From the NCBI GenBank assembly GCA_964016885.1, contig OZ024751.1, forward strand, positions 49,786,001 through 49,850,000: a stretch of DNA of 64,000 nucleotides. The letters run 5' to 3'. The notes below the pieces were generated by a model. The model was not told the DNA's origin. It ran no database searches and worked only from the letters and a program-made list of their open reading frames with translations. The first letter of the stretch is position 1, and each line of letters opens with the position of its first letter. Both the position numbers and the translations under genes were made by a program. The stretch comes from Eledone cirrhosa. Its lineage: Eukaryota. Positions 62,929 to 64,000 of this stretch are shown here, piece by piece.

Positions 62929-63447
62929 TTAGCTTGATAGATATTTAGATTGATAGATTGATAGCTATACTGATAAGTATATGAATGGTCAATTCCTTTT
63001 CTATTCATAAAGCTATGTAAAGATATGATCATAAAACTATTTCGAACAAATATGGTCATTATAATCGCTTGGGTGGCTTTTTAAAGAAGAGCATGAATTA
63101 GAGATGGACTTAACAGTGCATCTGGTGTCATTTTATTGCATTGTCTCCGGCAGCATGTTTGCCTGTCTGTCTTTCTGTCTTTCAAACTGACTGGCTGGTT
63201 GGATGGTAATATGGTAAGATGTTAGGATGGGAGGATGGGAGGATTGTAGAATGGTAGTGTGGTAGGATAGGTAGAATGGATGGGTGAATGGTGTGTTTGT
63301 GTGGAGATGAAAATGGACGATGGAGAACAACACAACGTGCAAGTTACAAACGGATTTTGTCTAAACTATTTTCTCCTTCATCTTTACTGGTTGCTAAGAA
63401 GAATCCAAAAGAATGGACGTAATAAACACTCGTGACAATAGGCCGGG

Positions 63448-63564
63448 TAATAATAGCAATAGTAATGATGGCAATAACAATAATAACAACAACAACAACA
63501 GCAACAGCAACAACAACAACAACAACAACAACAACAGCAATAATAATAATAATAATAATAATAA

Positions 63565-63595
<31 letters not shown>

Positions 63596-63641
63596 AAGAA
63601 GAAGAAGAAGAAGAAGAAGAAGAATGATAATAATAAAAATG

Positions 63642-63687
<46 letters not shown>

Positions 63688-63818
63688 TGATGGTGATGAT
63701 GATGATGATGATGATGATAATAATAATAATGATAAAAATAATAATAATATTAATAATGATGATGATGATGATGATAATAATAATGATGATGATAATAATA
63801 ATAATAATAATATTAATA

Positions 63819-63850
<32 letters not shown>

Positions 63851-63863
63851 AATAATAATAATA

Positions 63864-63895
<32 letters not shown>

Positions 63896-63935
63896 AATAA
63901 TAATAATAATAATACTAATGACAATGATAAGAGCA
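63448..63935. repeat. Compound trinucleotide microsatellite (AAC/AAT/AAG/GAT)
   Basis: Direct reading. Confidence 0.97.
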
Positions 63936-64000
63936 ATGATGCTGATGTTTATTTGTATTATTGGAAACAAGGGCAATGCAATTACACACACAGAAATAAA

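Overview
Eukaryotic, very microsatellite-rich genomic DNA. The (TA)n/(CA)n/(CATA)n density and the SINE types suggest a cephalopod such as octopus (inference). Bases 1-13.9 kb are a 48-bp satellite built from 8/16-bp subunits, with 1328-bp and 3818-bp higher-order duplications. The rest appears to be intronic DNA of a + strand interrupted-collagen gene; only two internal exons are visible (25834-26013 and 30478-30549). It is packed with retroelement remnants: Penelope-like (RT thumb + GIY-YIG), CR1/L2-like, RTE, R4/Dong-like, CRE-like, tRNA-derived SINEs and one non-autonomous Helitron. The main unannotated signal, read by eye, is about 20 canonical type I hammerhead ribozyme (HHR) motifs plus about 15 broken or variant ones, from more than ten unrelated families. 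They lie in short elements inserted in (TA)n tracts, either as fold-back palindromes with a one-sided tail or as non-coding head-to-tail arrays (561-bp and 629-bp units, one HHR per unit, retrozyme-like). Intact HHRs are mostly antisense to the collagen gene. Nearly all ORFs in the supplied track are translations of simple repeats. All alignments and folds were done by eye, so element boundaries are approximate.
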